From IMG/VR virus record IMGVR_UViG_3300045988_162050: a stretch of DNA of 43,449 bases; one strand, 5' to 3'. The notes under the pieces are model-generated. The model had not been told where the DNA came from and ran no database searches. It saw only the letters and a program-made list of their open reading frames with translations. Position 1 is the stretch's first letter. Each line of letters starts with the position of its first letter. This DNA comes from a virus. Both the position numbers and the translations under genes were made by a program. Positions 21,361 through 30,921 of the stretch are shown here, piece after piece.

Positions 21361-21855
21361 ATGAGTAGTTCATTGGGAGAAGTAATAAAAAAGATGGCAG
21401 TAGGAGCAAATGATGCAAATGCTCCTACTTCTGTTTTATTTGGAACTGTAACAAGTGTTGAACCACTTGAAATAACAGTTGAACAAAAATTAAAACTAAC
21501 AGAAGAATTTTTAGTGCTGACTAAAAATGTTACAGATTATACAGTAAATGTGACTATGGACTGGAATACAGAAACTACATCTTTAAATGCTAATCATAGC
21601 CATTCTACAGAGGTTAATTCAAATATAAGTGTTTCATCTGATATATCTCCAAATGATAATAATCAGAAAATAACTAATAATGTAACAGGAGAGGTAAGCG
21701 TATCAGTAGAACAAAAAAATATAAATTTAACACATAAGCATAGCATAAAAGGAACTAAAAGTATAATGGTACATAATGCATTAAAAATTAATGATAATGT
21801 TATTTTAATACAACAGCAAGGTGGAATTAACTTTGTTGTACTAGATAAATTTTAA
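21361..21855 (+). CDS. baseplate protein, XkdR/DUF2577-like
   Basis: SLGEVIKKMAVGANDANAPTSVLFGTVTSVEPLEITVEQKLKL...LNDNVILIQQQGGINFVVLDK. Confidence 0.8.
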   Translation: MSSSLGEVIKKMAVGANDANAPTSVLFGTVTSVEPLEITVEQKLKLTEEFLVLTKNVTDYTVNVTMDWNTETTSLNANHSHSTEVNSNISVSSDISPNDNNQKITNNVTGEVSVSVEQKNINLTHKHSIKGTKSIMVHNALKINDNVILIQQQGGINFVVLDKF

Positions 21856-21873
21856 AAGAAAGGTGGTAATAAG

Positions 21874-22278
21874 ATGACACCTAATACAGATAATATCGTA
21901 ATAAACAATGTGCAAGATACAATAGAACAAACAAGCAAGACATATTATTTGAATATAGAAAAAAATACTATTTCAAAATTTTGTGATGGTATTGATGCAA
22001 TGAAACAGGCTGTATATTGTATATTAAATACAGAAAGATTTGAACATCTTATTTATAGTTGGAACTATGGAATCGAACTAAAACATTTAATCGGAGAAAA
22101 TACGACTTTTGTAATTCCTGAATTAGAAAGAGTAATAACTGAAGCGTTATTACAAGACCTAAGGATAACAGAAGTAAAAGATTTTGATTTTGAAGTAAAC
22201 AGAAATGAAATAAAGGTAAAATTCACAGTAGTTACAAATATAGGAGAATTTGAAGCGGAAAAGGTGGTGAGTGTTTAA
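21874..22278 (+). CDS. baseplate wedge protein, XkdS/DUF2634-like
   Basis: DGIDAMKQAVYCILNTERFEHLIYSWNYGIEL...ITEALLQDLRI. Confidence 0.82.
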   Translation: MTPNTDNIVINNVQDTIEQTSKTYYLNIEKNTISKFCDGIDAMKQAVYCILNTERFEHLIYSWNYGIELKHLIGENTTFVIPELERVITEALLQDLRITEVKDFDFEVNRNEIKVKFTVVTNIGEFEAEKVVSV

Positions 22279-23384
22279 TGAGTGTAGTTGATATAGATAA
22301 AATTGAAAATTTGGACGAATATTTTGATTATGACACTATTTTGCAAAGAATGTTAGATACAGTACCTACTCAAATTGATAAAAGAGAAGGAAGCATCATA
22401 TATGACGCTTTGGGACCTGCAGCAGCAGAACTAGCACAAATGTATATTTTGTTAAAAAATAATATAGATTTGGTTTTTGTAGATACTGCTGTAGAAGAAT
22501 ATTTAGATAGATTAGCAAACCAAGTTGGTCTTACAAGAAACGAAGCAACATATGCAATAAAAAAAGCAACATTTTACGATGAAAACGATAAGTTAATGGA
22601 CATAGAGGTAGGAGAGCGATTTACAATAGAGGATATAGTATATAAAGCAACCGAAAGAATTGAAAAAGGAATCTATAAAATGGAATGTGAAACTGCTGGA
22701 GCAATAGGAAATAATTATGTTGGGAATTTAATACCAGTAAATTATATAGAAAATTTAGCAAAAGCAGAACTAACAGATATTTTAATTCCTGGAGAAGATG
22801 AAGAAAGCGACGATTCTTTGAGAAGTAGGTACTATGAGACCACAAGTGAGCAAGGGTTTGGTGGAAATATAATTGATTATCAAAATAAAACAAAAGAGAT
22901 AGCCGGAGTTGGTGGTGTAAAGGTTACTCCAATATGGAATGGGCCAGGAACCGTTAAACTTACAATATTAGATAGTAATTTTGATAAGGCTTCACAAGTT
23001 TTAATTGATAAAGTTCAAAAAGAAATATGCCCTGATTTTACAGATGAAGGATTAGGAATTGCCCCAATTGGACATGTTGTAACAGTTGATACAGTTAAGG
23101 AAATTGAAATTTCTATAATTTCTACTGTTACAATATCTGAAACTACAACTATTGAAAATGTAAAAAAACAAATAAAACAATTAATAAATGATTATTTCTT
23201 ACAATTAAAGCAAAATTGGGAAAACACAGAAACCATTATTATAAGAAAATCTCAAATAGATACAATAATTCTAAATGCAGATGGAGTTATAGATGTAGCA
23301 AATACAGTTATAAATAATAAGGCTTCAAATATAGAATTACAAAAATTTGAAATTCCTACATTGAAAGAGGTGACATTAAAATGA
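22278..23384 (+). CDS. baseplate J-like protein, XkdT-like
   Basis: DKREGSIIYDALGPAAAELAQMY...EEYLDRLANQVGLTRNEATYAIKKA...DDSLRSRYYETTSEQGFGGNIIDYQNKTKEIAGVGGVKVTPIWNGPGTVKL. Confidence 0.92.
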   Translation: MSVVDIDKIENLDEYFDYDTILQRMLDTVPTQIDKREGSIIYDALGPAAAELAQMYILLKNNIDLVFVDTAVEEYLDRLANQVGLTRNEATYAIKKATFYDENDKLMDIEVGERFTIEDIVYKATERIEKGIYKMECETAGAIGNNYVGNLIPVNYIENLAKAELTDILIPGEDEESDDSLRSRYYETTSEQGFGGNIIDYQNKTKEIAGVGGVKVTPIWNGPGTVKLTILDSNFDKASQVLIDKVQKEICPDFTDEGLGIAPIGHVVTVDTVKEIEISIISTVTISETTTIENVKKQIKQLINDYFLQLKQNWENTETIIIRKSQIDTIILNADGVIDVANTVINNKASNIELQKFEIPTLKEVTLK

Positions 23385-24169
23385 AGTTAGTAGAATATAT
23401 GCCACCATTTCTAAAAAATGTAGTTGAATTTAATAAGATTTTTGATGCAGAAGATGTAGAAATCGAAAGTATGAGGTATTTGATAGATAGTATATTAAGA
23501 GAAGTAATTGTAAAATCTGCTAGGACTTATGGATTAGACAGATATGAAAAAATATATGGAATTACAAACAAGGCAGAAACAATAGAAGCAAGAAGGATGA
23601 ATATTCTTTTTAAAATGAATAATAAAGTGCCATATACATTAAAATGGTTGATAAATACTTTAAATGAAAGCATTGGAAAAGATAACTATAAATTAGAAGC
23701 CAAAGATTATGAATTACATATTACTATAAATTTGGTATATACCGAAGCAGCAGAAATGTTAAAAACTAACTTGGTAAAACAAATACCTGCAAATATTATG
23801 TTAGACTACAAGTTGGAAACAAAAGCAAATGAATTTATAGGTGCAGTAATATCAAGTCAAGATTATATAAATCTAAATGCAATAGCATTTGAACGAAAAG
23901 AGGATATAACAATTATACAAGAAAATAATATTGGACTAGTTGTTTCTAATATGGAATATATGAATGTTGATCCGAACACAGATATAATACTAGAAGATAC
24001 TATATTAAATGCAGATGAAAGCATGGGTTCTAAAGTGTCTAGGCAAGATTACATTGACTTAAATATAACTACAGAAGAAAAAAAGGAAAATATAAGTATA
24101 AATCAAAATACTAATTTAGGTTTACAATTAGCAAGCCAAGATTATATTGAAATAGGAGGTAAAGATTAA
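23381..24169 (+). CDS. baseplate protein, XkdU-like, with repeated C-terminal extension
   Basis: YMPPFLKNVVEFNKIFDAEDVEIESMRYLIDSILREVIVKSARTYGLDRYEKIYGI; C-term has three xSQ/RQDYIxL repeats. Confidence 0.8.
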   Translation: MKLVEYMPPFLKNVVEFNKIFDAEDVEIESMRYLIDSILREVIVKSARTYGLDRYEKIYGITNKAETIEARRMNILFKMNNKVPYTLKWLINTLNESIGKDNYKLEAKDYELHITINLVYTEAAEMLKTNLVKQIPANIMLDYKLETKANEFIGAVISSQDYINLNAIAFERKEDITIIQENNIGLVVSNMEYMNVDPNTDIILEDTILNADESMGSKVSRQDYIDLNITTEEKKENISINQNTNLGLQLASQDYIEIGGKD

Positions 24170-24170
24170 A

Positions 24171-25976
24171 ATGGGATTTGAAAAAGTCTATATAACAAAG
24201 CAAGGTGCCCTATTGGCAGCAAAAACATTGCAGGGAAAGAAAATACAATTTGACCATGCTGAAATAGGTAGCGGAAATTTGAGTGGTAATGCTGCAGATA
24301 AAACAGCGTTAACTACAAAAGTATTAGAATGTCCAATTGAAGAAACAAAAATAACAGGGGATACACAAGCAAGTGTATCTTTTATTTTTAAAAATACTGA
24401 TGCAAAAAGTGCATTTTATTTTAGAGAAATTGGATTATTTGCAATTGATCCGGATACAAAAGCAAAAGTATTATATGCTTATGCAAATGCAGGAAGTAAT
24501 GCAGAATATATAAATAATTCTATTGCTGAAAAAATAGAAAAACATATTCAAATAAATGTTATTGTTGATAATGCTAGTAATGTTACAATTACATTAGATT
24601 CTACTCAAATATATGTAACTGAAAAAGAATTACAAGAAGCAATAACTGAAGCTAGAGAATTTGTTGGGAAAAATTATGGTATTAGAAGAAAAATTGTAGA
24701 TAATGTTCTTTCAAAATGGGAGAGAATTTGTGATAATACAGGTTTGGTTGCAAATGCAACAAAAAATGGGGATGAAGTTCAAAATGATTTTGATAATTTA
24801 TATCCATGGTCTGATATAATTACATATAATTATGATACGAAAAATAAAAAAATAACAGCATTTTATGGAGAACCAGGTTTTAAATTTGATGGATCAAATG
24901 GAGAAGTACTTACAAGGATTCCAGAATTTTGGTTCAAAAGAGAAGTTAAAGGTGATTATGAATATATTTATATATCTGATTATAATAGAGCAGGTTATAA
25001 ACATAGTAAAGAATTTTCTGTTGGTAGATATGGAATTAGCATAGATGCCGAAGGAAATGCTCACAGCATTAGTGGAACAATTCCTGCATATAACAAAACA
25101 ATAGCAGCATTTAGAACTTTAGCAACTGCAGTAGGCGAAGGATTTTGTCAAATGGATACTAGATACTTTATATTACAATTATTATATTTAGTAGAATATG
25201 CTGATTATAATTCTCAAAGCAAGTTAGGTAGAGGAGTGTCAGAGTGGTTTAATACAAAGGCTTTAATTGCAGAAAATAAAGTTAATAGAATAATTGTTGC
25301 AAATTCAAGTAATATGTATGTTGGTAGAACAATATCAATAGGAGCAACAGATGCTTGGAATAACTCTGTAGCCTCTGAAAGAACAATAACTAAAATAGAA
25401 GACTTTTCTAATGGAAGCGTAACTGGTAAGGCAGTGTATTTTGATGGAGCAGCTGTTAATATAGCAGTAGGAAATGCTTTGTGGGGAATAGGTCAAAAAG
25501 CAGGGCAATGTGATGAATTAGGAATGAAATCAGGTTGTCTATCAAATGACGGATGTCATTCAGTTATATATAGAGGTATTGAGAATGTATTTAGTAATAT
25601 GTGGACAGCAATAGATGGACTTAATATCAAAGATTATGTAGCATATGTTTGTGATGATCCTACTCAATATGCTTCTGATAAATTTGTTGCCCCTTATAAA
25701 CAGGTTGGATATACAAATTTAAAACAAACAGATTGTTATCCAAGTAAATTGGGATATGATGAAAATTATCCTGAAATTGAAATTCCAATAGAAGCTAATG
25801 GAAGTTCTGGAACAGGAATATGTGATAAATACTGGTGTTCAGAAGGAAACAGAATAGCGTTTGCTGGGGGTGCTTTCAACTATGGTGCTCGTGATGGGTT
25901 CTTTTTCTTGCTTTTGCTTAATGGTTCCGGCTATTCGTACTGGGCTTACGGGGCTCGCCTTCTTAAATACCAGTAA
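24171..25976 (+). CDS. tail-collar/fibre protein; DGR target with C-terminal C-type-lectin-like variable region
   Basis: N-term tail fibre motif; C-term NRIAFAGGAFNYGARDGFFFLLLLNGSGYSYWAYGARLL lies in the VR repeat. Confidence 0.9.
   Translation: MGFEKVYITKQGALLAAKTLQGKKIQFDHAEIGSGNLSGNAADKTALTTKVLECPIEETKITGDTQASVSFIFKNTDAKSAFYFREIGLFAIDPDTKAKVLYAYANAGSNAEYINNSIAEKIEKHIQINVIVDNASNVTITLDSTQIYVTEKELQEAITEAREFVGKNYGIRRKIVDNVLSKWERICDNTGLVANATKNGDEVQNDFDNLYPWSDIITYNYDTKNKKITAFYGEPGFKFDGSNGEVLTRIPEFWFKREVKGDYEYIYISDYNRAGYKHSKEFSVGRYGISIDAEGNAHSISGTIPAYNKTIAAFRTLATAVGEGFCQMDTRYFILQLLYLVEYADYNSQSKLGRGVSEWFNTKALIAENKVNRIIVANSSNMYVGRTISIGATDAWNNSVASERTITKIEDFSNGSVTGKAVYFDGAAVNIAVGNALWGIGQKAGQCDELGMKSGCLSNDGCHSVIYRGIENVFSNMWTAIDGLNIKDYVAYVCDDPTQYASDKFVAPYKQVGYTNLKQTDCYPSKLGYDENYPEIEIPIEANGSSGTGICDKYWCSEGNRIAFAGGAFNYGARDGFFFLLLLNGSGYSYWAYGARLLKYQ
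25855..25964 (+). repeat. DGR variable repeat (VR)
   Basis: 110 bp alignable without gaps to TR 26114-26223; 15 differences, all at template adenines, 0 at other template bases. Confidence 0.96.
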
Positions 25977-25989
25977 TAAGCAGGGGTAT

Positions 25990-26006
25990 GGGGGCGGCCA
26001 GCCTCC
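25990..26006 (+). promoter_or_regulatory. candidate DGR hairpin downstream of VR
   Basis: GGGGGC-ggcca-GCCTCC, 6 bp stem (one G:T), 14 bp after the target stop codon. Confidence 0.45.
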
Positions 26007-26113
26007 ATTATAAATACCTTAATTCAAGAGTAGTTACAATCTTGGAAAAAAATATATATAATATCCTACAGGGGATTTGATGTGTGCGATCCTGTAATTG
26101 TCGTTTTGAATTT

Positions 26114-26223
26114 TAGCGTTTGCTGGGGGTAATTTCAACAATGGTGCTAATGATGGGTTCTTTTACTTGAATTTGAATAATGGTTCCGGCAATTCGAACT
26201 GGAATTACGGGGCTCGCCTACTT
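26114..26223 (+). repeat. DGR template repeat (TR)
   Basis: Noncoding near-duplicate of VR, rich in AAT/AAC codon-phase triplets, upstream of the RT ORF. Confidence 0.96.
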
Positions 26224-26350
26224 ATTTTAAATTATTTTTACACATCATTTTCCATAGCACTTGCTAAAAATTGAGTCGAGACTGGACTGGTCTAGTAGCT
26301 CCTTTTGAGCGAAAAATCGGTAGACGAAATAAGAAAAACCAGGAGGAAAA

Positions 26351-27407
26351 GTGAAAAGAGTAGGGAATATATATGAAAAAATAACAAAAAAGGAAAATAT
26401 TAGACAAGCTATTATAAATGCATCAAAAGGAAAAAAAGATAGGAACGGTGTAATTAAAATATTAGACAATGTCAATTTTTATGTAGATGAAATATATAAT
26501 ATGCTTATCAATAAAACATATACACCAAGTCCGTATATAAAAATGCTAATTCACGATGGTGTAAGAAAAAAAGAAAGAATTATATATAAACCTAAATTTT
26601 ATCCGGACCAGATTATTCATTGGGCATTGATGCAGCAAATACAACCAATAATTCAAAAGGGAATGTATGAATATTGTTGTGCTTCAGTTCCAAATCGAGG
26701 CATACATTATGGCGGAAAATATATAAAAAAAATATTAGTAAATGATAGAAAGAATACAAAATATGCTCTGAAACTTGATGTGAAAAAGTTTTATCCATCG
26801 ATAAATAAAGAAATAATGAAAAGAAAGTTTATGAGAGTTATAAAAGACAGGGATACTTTAGATCTTATTGATAAAATAATTGATAGCTCTGAAAGTGGAC
26901 TTCCAATCCGGAAATTATACTTCACAATGGTTTGCAAATTTTTATTTGCAAGATGTAGACCATTTTATAAAGGAAGAAATGAAGGTAAAATACTATTTAA
27001 GATATATGGATGATATGTTACTTTTTCACAGAAACAAGAAGGAATTGAAGAAAATAAAAAATGAAATAGAATTGAAGTTGAAAAAGGAAGGCCTAAATTT
27101 AAAAGAAAACTGGCAACTATTTAAAGTTGATAGTAGGCCAGTTGATTTTATTGGGTATAGATATTACAGAGGATATACAACTTTAAGGCGTGGAAATTTT
27201 TTAAGGATAAAAAGAAGGGCAAAAAGAATATATAAAAGAAATAAAGTAACCTTGACAGATGCTTCAGCAATGATAAGTTATTATGGTTGGCTTAAACATT
27301 GCAATAGTTACAATTTTAATCAAAAATATATAAGACCATATATAGATATAGATAAGTTTAAAGGAGTGGTGAGCTATGCAAACAGAAAATTCAATAAAAC
27401 CAAATAA
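26351..27407 (+). CDS. DGR-type reverse transcriptase, split by +1 frameshift at CGG 26909-26911
   Basis: KLDVKKFYPSI, SGLPI|GNYTSQWFANFYL (DGR-like GxxxSQ), YYLRYMDDMLLF, DFIGYRYYRGY; frames 26351..27013 and 26880..27407. Confidence 0.93.
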
Positions 27408-27708
27408 ATTTGAAATAAGCAAACATCAGAACGGTAAATGTACCGTTCTTTTTTATGACAATATAATAGAGGACAAAGTTACAGATCCAGATGGAGTAGA
27501 AACAACAAGATATTTATACGATATGTATGAAGTAGAAGTAAATAGTAGAGATACACTTGCAGAAAGTATTGAAGCAAATTATGATGAATGGTTGAAATTT
27601 GCAAAAGAAGAAAATGCAAAGAGAGTTGTGGCAATTCCGGATGTTGAAAGAATTGCTATACTTGAGCAAGCTGTTAAAGACATAGGGGAGGTAATTGGAA
27701 ATGATTAA
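27376..27708 (+). CDS. hypothetical tail-region protein
   Basis: 110 aa ORF overlapping the RT end; not Avd-like by eye. Confidence 0.6.
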   Translation: MQTENSIKPNKFEISKHQNGKCTVLFYDNIIEDKVTDPDGVETTRYLYDMYEVEVNSRDTLAESIEANYDEWLKFAKEENAKRVVAIPDVERIAILEQAVKDIGEVIGND

Positions 27709-27814
27709 TTTTTATGTAATTCAAATTAGAGACTTAAAAACAATGGCAATTGAAGATGTTCCAAAACTATGGAGAAAAAAAGTAAAAGAAAAATTGGAGG
27801 AGGAGTCTAGATAA
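27701..27814 (+). CDS. XkdX-like small protein
   Basis: 37 aa MINFYVIQIRDLKTMAIEDVPKLWRKKVKEKLEEESR, overlaps the upstream stop, typical position before holin. Confidence 0.5.
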   Translation: MINFYVIQIRDLKTMAIEDVPKLWRKKVKEKLEEESR

Positions 27815-27851
27815 GGCTCCTTCTTTATGCAAAAGAAAGTGAGGAAATCTA

Positions 27852-28175
27852 ATGACAAGTATAATTGTTGCATTAATTACCGCAACTCCTGCAACAATAA
27901 CAGCAATAATAGCTCTAATTACAAATAAGAAAAACAATAGATTGGAGGAGATTTCAAATAAAATTGACAATAATGAAAAGGATCATCTTCGTTTTGAAAT
28001 CTTATCCTTTGCAGGAGATTTGCGAAATGGAGTGGTAAAAACAAGACAAGAATTTGAAACCATATTTGCTTTTTATGATAAATATGAAGAAATAATATCA
28101 GCATTAAAATTACATAATGGCTATGTGGATAGTGAATTTGATTTTATAAAAGAAAAATTTAAGGAATTAAATTAG
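27852..28175 (+). CDS. hypothetical membrane-anchored protein in lysis module
   Basis: N-terminal TM SIIVALITATPATITAIIALIT. Confidence 0.6.
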   Translation: MTSIIVALITATPATITAIIALITNKKNNRLEEISNKIDNNEKDHLRFEILSFAGDLRNGVVKTRQEFETIFAFYDKYEEIISALKLHNGYVDSEFDFIKEKFKELN

Positions 28176-28186
28176 GAGGTTTTACT

Positions 28187-28357
28187 ATGAAAGATAAGAT
28201 AGCAAAATTAATAAATGTAAAAAGTTTAGTAACATTGATTCTAACATTAGTAGTTGCATATAAGGCTATAATGGGACAAATGGATATAGAGCAAATATAT
28301 TTAATGATTATAGCCTTTTATTTTGGAACTCAACTAAAAGAAAGTAAAACAGAATAA
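28187..28357 (+). CDS. putative holin
   Basis: 56 aa ORF MKDKIAKLINVKSLVTLILTLVVAYKAIMGQMDIEQIYLMIIAFYFGTQLKESKTE with SD aggaggt; two hydrophobic segments, before endolysin. Confidence 0.65.
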   Translation: MKDKIAKLINVKSLVTLILTLVVAYKAIMGQMDIEQIYLMIIAFYFGTQLKESKTE

Positions 28358-28386
28358 TACCGTAAAGAAATTACGGTGTTTATAAA

Positions 28387-28428
28387 ATACTGGAAGAAAT
28401 CAAAAAAATCTTCCAGTATTTATTTTTT
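28387..28428 (+). terminator. intrinsic terminator between holin and endolysin
   Basis: ATACTGGAAGA-n11-TCTTCCAGTAT followed by ttattttttaa. Confidence 0.7.
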
Positions 28429-28521
28429 AAAGAAAGGTGGAATTTTCAATGGAAGAAAATGAAATTCTAGGAAATGGAGAAATCCAAAGAGATGAAAATG
28501 AATTTGGAGGTGGGGCTAATG

Positions 28522-29589
28522 AGTAAAGGAATAGATGTATCAGCACATCAAGGTAATATTAATTGGGATGCAGTAAAGGCATCAGGAATTGATTTTGCTA
28601 TTATAAGAATTAGTTATGGGCAAAATTCAGTAGATAGTAAAGCCATCAGAAATATAGAAGAATGTATTAGAGTAGGAATGCCATTTGGTGTATATACATA
28701 TTCTTATGCATTAAATATAAATAATGCTATAAATGAAGCAAACTTAGTAATAAAAACTTTAGCACCATATAAAGATAAAGTGAAATTTCCAGTTATTATT
28801 GATATGGAAGATGCAGATGGATATAAAAGAAAACATGGTATGCCATCAAATGATGTTCTTGTATCTATTTGTGAAAAAGAATGTTTAATGTTTGAGGAAG
28901 CAGGATATTATGCAGCAATTTATGCTTCAAAATCATGGTTTGATACAAAACTAAATTCTTCAAGACTAAACAGATTTGATAAATGGATTGCTTGGTGGAA
29001 TAAGGGAGCATCATTTGATAAAAATATTTATGGATTATGGCAATACACATCTAGCGGTAGTGTAAATGGTATATCTGGTAATGTGGATATGAATGAAGCA
29101 TATAAAGATTATCCATCAATAATAAATAACAATAGTAATTCATCTTCAAATACACCAGCTAAAAAGTCAATAGAACAATTAGCACAAGAAGTTCTTGCTG
29201 GCGATTGGGGAAATGGCGAAGATAGAAAAAATAGATTAGTTGCTGAAGGTTATAACTATGATGTAGTACAAGCTAGAGTTAATGAATTGTCTGGTATTTT
29301 TTCAAAAAAATCAAATGAGGAAATTGCAAATGAAGTATTAGCTGGTAAATGGGATAATGGATCTGAAAGAAAGAAAAAACTACAAGCAGCAGGGTATGAT
29401 TATGATGCAATACAAACAATAGTAAATCAAAAATCTGGTGTTAATTCATCTAAAACATATATTGTAAAATCTGGAGATACTTTGTCTGGAATTGCAAGTA
29501 AATTTGGAACGACATACCAGGAAATCGCAAAGAAAAATGGTATTGCAAATCCTAATAAAATTTATCCAGGACAAGTATTAAAAATATAG
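28522..29589 (+). CDS. endolysin: GH25 lysozyme with two CW_7 repeats and LysM
   Basis: [32 protein letters not shown]; two EVLAGxWxNGxxRKxxLxxxGYxYDxxQ repeats; C-term LysM. Internal start preferred over 28474. Confidence 0.93.
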   Translation, partial: SKGIDVSAHQGNINWDAVKASGIDFAIIRISYGQNSVDSKAIRNIEECIRVGMPFGVYTYSYALNINNAINEANLVIKTLAPYKDKVKFPVIIDMEDADGYKRKHGMPSNDVLVSICEKECLMFEEAGYYAAIYASKSWFDTKLNSSRLNRFDKWIAWWNKGASFDKNIYGLWQYTSSGSVNGISGNVDMNEAYKDYPSIINNNSNSSSNTPAKKSIEQLAQEVLAGDWGNGEDRKNRLVAEGYNYDVVQARVNELSGIFSKKSNEEIANEVLAGKWDNGSERKKKLQAAGYDYDAIQTIVNQKSGVNSSKTYIVKSGDTLSGIASKFGTTYQEIAKKNGIANPNKIYPGQVLKI

Positions 29590-29603
29590 ATATTTACTAA
29601 AAT

Positions 29604-29638
29604 AAGTAGAGGATGTATTCCTCTACTTAATATTTTTT
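29604..29638 (+). terminator. bidirectional terminator after endolysin
   Basis: AAGTAGAGGA-tgtat-TCCTCTACTT then aatatttttt. Confidence 0.8.
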
Positions 29639-30021
29639 AACTTATTTTGAATTTCTAATAAAATATTAAATGCTTGTTGAAATGTAGTATTATTCATATC
29701 TAGATTAGAAATTTTATTCAAAACTTTTTTTATCTCTACGTTTTTCATATAATCATTTAAATTTGTATTTGGCAAATTATCTACTACTTTATACTTTATT
29801 TTCATTTTATTTAGTAGTATGATATATTTATCTAACTGAGAAACGGGAAATCCGCACTTGAATATTGAAGGTCCCAAGTCGGTTATTTTAAGCCCTAATT
29901 TCTCGTTGATTAATTTTGCATCTTCATTTAAAATGTTATAGAAAATCCCAACTCTAAACAAGTAAACTGAAGATGCATCATTCTTTTTTAGTTCATTATA
30001 TTGATTCAGTAATTTACTCAT
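29623..30021 (-). CDS. MutS mismatch-recognition (domain I)-like small protein; candidate DGR accessory
   Basis: SSVYLFRVGIFYNILNEDAKLINEKLGLKITDLG...IFKCGFPVSQLDKYIILLNKMKIKYKVVD resembles MutS-I; no MutS ATPase. Confidence 0.75.
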   Translation of the reverse strand: MSKLLNQYNELKKNDASSVYLFRVGIFYNILNEDAKLINEKLGLKITDLGPSIFKCGFPVSQLDKYIILLNKMKIKYKVVDNLPNTNLNDYMKNVEIKKVLNKISNLDMNNTTFQQAFNILLEIQNKLKNIK

Positions 30022-30248
30022 TTTTTTAATTTTTCCTTTCTTTTTTTCAAAACTAAGATATCTCCTGGTTCACATTCTAAAACATTACAAAGTTTTTCTA
30101 ATGTATCAAAATGTATTCCAGTAGTTTCATTATCTATCAGATGTGATAATGCTTGATAACCTCCTTCCATTTTTTTTACGAACCAATACTTTGTTTTCTT
30201 TTTTTCTTTTAATATTTCTTTTACTCTTACATATACCAAGTTTCTCAC
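30018..30248 (-). CDS. small Cro/C1-type HTH protein
   Basis: VRVKEILKEKKKTKYWFVKKMEGGYQALSHLIDNETTGIHFDTLEKLCNVLECEPGDIL; overlaps the MutS-like start by 4 nt. Confidence 0.82.
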   Translation of the reverse strand: MRNLVYVRVKEILKEKKKTKYWFVKKMEGGYQALSHLIDNETTGIHFDTLEKLCNVLECEPGDILVLKKRKEKLKK

Positions 30249-30372
30249 CTTCCTTTCTGATATCTATTTTACAATGAACATATTTATATTTAAACTCTTT
30301 TTGCTTTAAGATACAGGCACTATAACTATTGCACGATTAAGGTATTTCTGTTATAATTTTTTTGGTGATAAT

Positions 30373-30555
30373 ATGGAAGAATTAAAAATATGTAAAGAAA
30401 TTATAAATAAAGTAAAATGGTACACAGAAAGAAAAGATTATAATGGATTAAAATTATATATAGATGAAAAAGAAAAATTTATTGACAATTATATTATTAA
30501 TTCAAATAATGCAGAAGAAGATTATATTGATAAATTAGTAAATGACTTGAAATGA
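30373..30555 (+). CDS. hypothetical protein
   Basis: 60 aa charged ORF. Confidence 0.4.
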   Translation: MEELKICKEIINKVKWYTERKDYNGLKLYIDEKEKFIDNYIINSNNAEEDYIDKLVNDLK

Positions 30556-30735
30556 TAATGAGAATTTATAGGAAAAAATGGGAAAAAGTCGTTTTTTGTC
30601 GAATTTTGTAATCAAGTAGTATCAATGAAAAGCAAGGATAATACCTAACGGTTAGAATAGTTATTTTGTTTTACATAATATGGTAAAATATATAATAAGA
30701 GATATCTCTAAATATCATTCATAGGAGGGATATTT

Positions 30736-30921
30736 ATGAGAAAATATAATAAAAAACAAATAATTTTTGATAAAATAGGGGAAAATCTTAATTTTTGTGA
30801 TAAAATAATAATGAAAGTTTTAAAAACATATACTTTTAAAATATACAAGATTGGATTAAACGATGCTTTTAATTGGGAAAATCAGAAACATGGGAAAAAT
30901 TTAAAAAATAAAAATCGCTGA
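30736..30921 (+). CDS. hypothetical protein
   Basis: 61 aa ORF with SD aggaggg and upstream promoter-like TTTACA/TATAAT. Confidence 0.45.
   Translation: MRKYNKKQIIFDKIGENLNFCDKIIMKVLKTYTFKIYKIGLNDAFNWENQKHGKNLKNKNR

Noticed and set aside
26245-26475. Minus-strand 76 aa ORF as an Avd-like DGR accessory
   Set aside because: Antisense to the RT start and spacer, hydrophobic low-complexity translation, no family resemblance.
27376-27708. 110 aa ORF after RT as Avd
   Set aside because: Sequence does not look like a basic four-helix bundle; it resembles a tail-operon hypothetical protein.
28474-28521. N-terminal extension of the endolysin
   Set aside because: Out of frame with the short upstream leader-like ORF at 28450; GH25 homology begins at [12 protein letters not shown] (28522).
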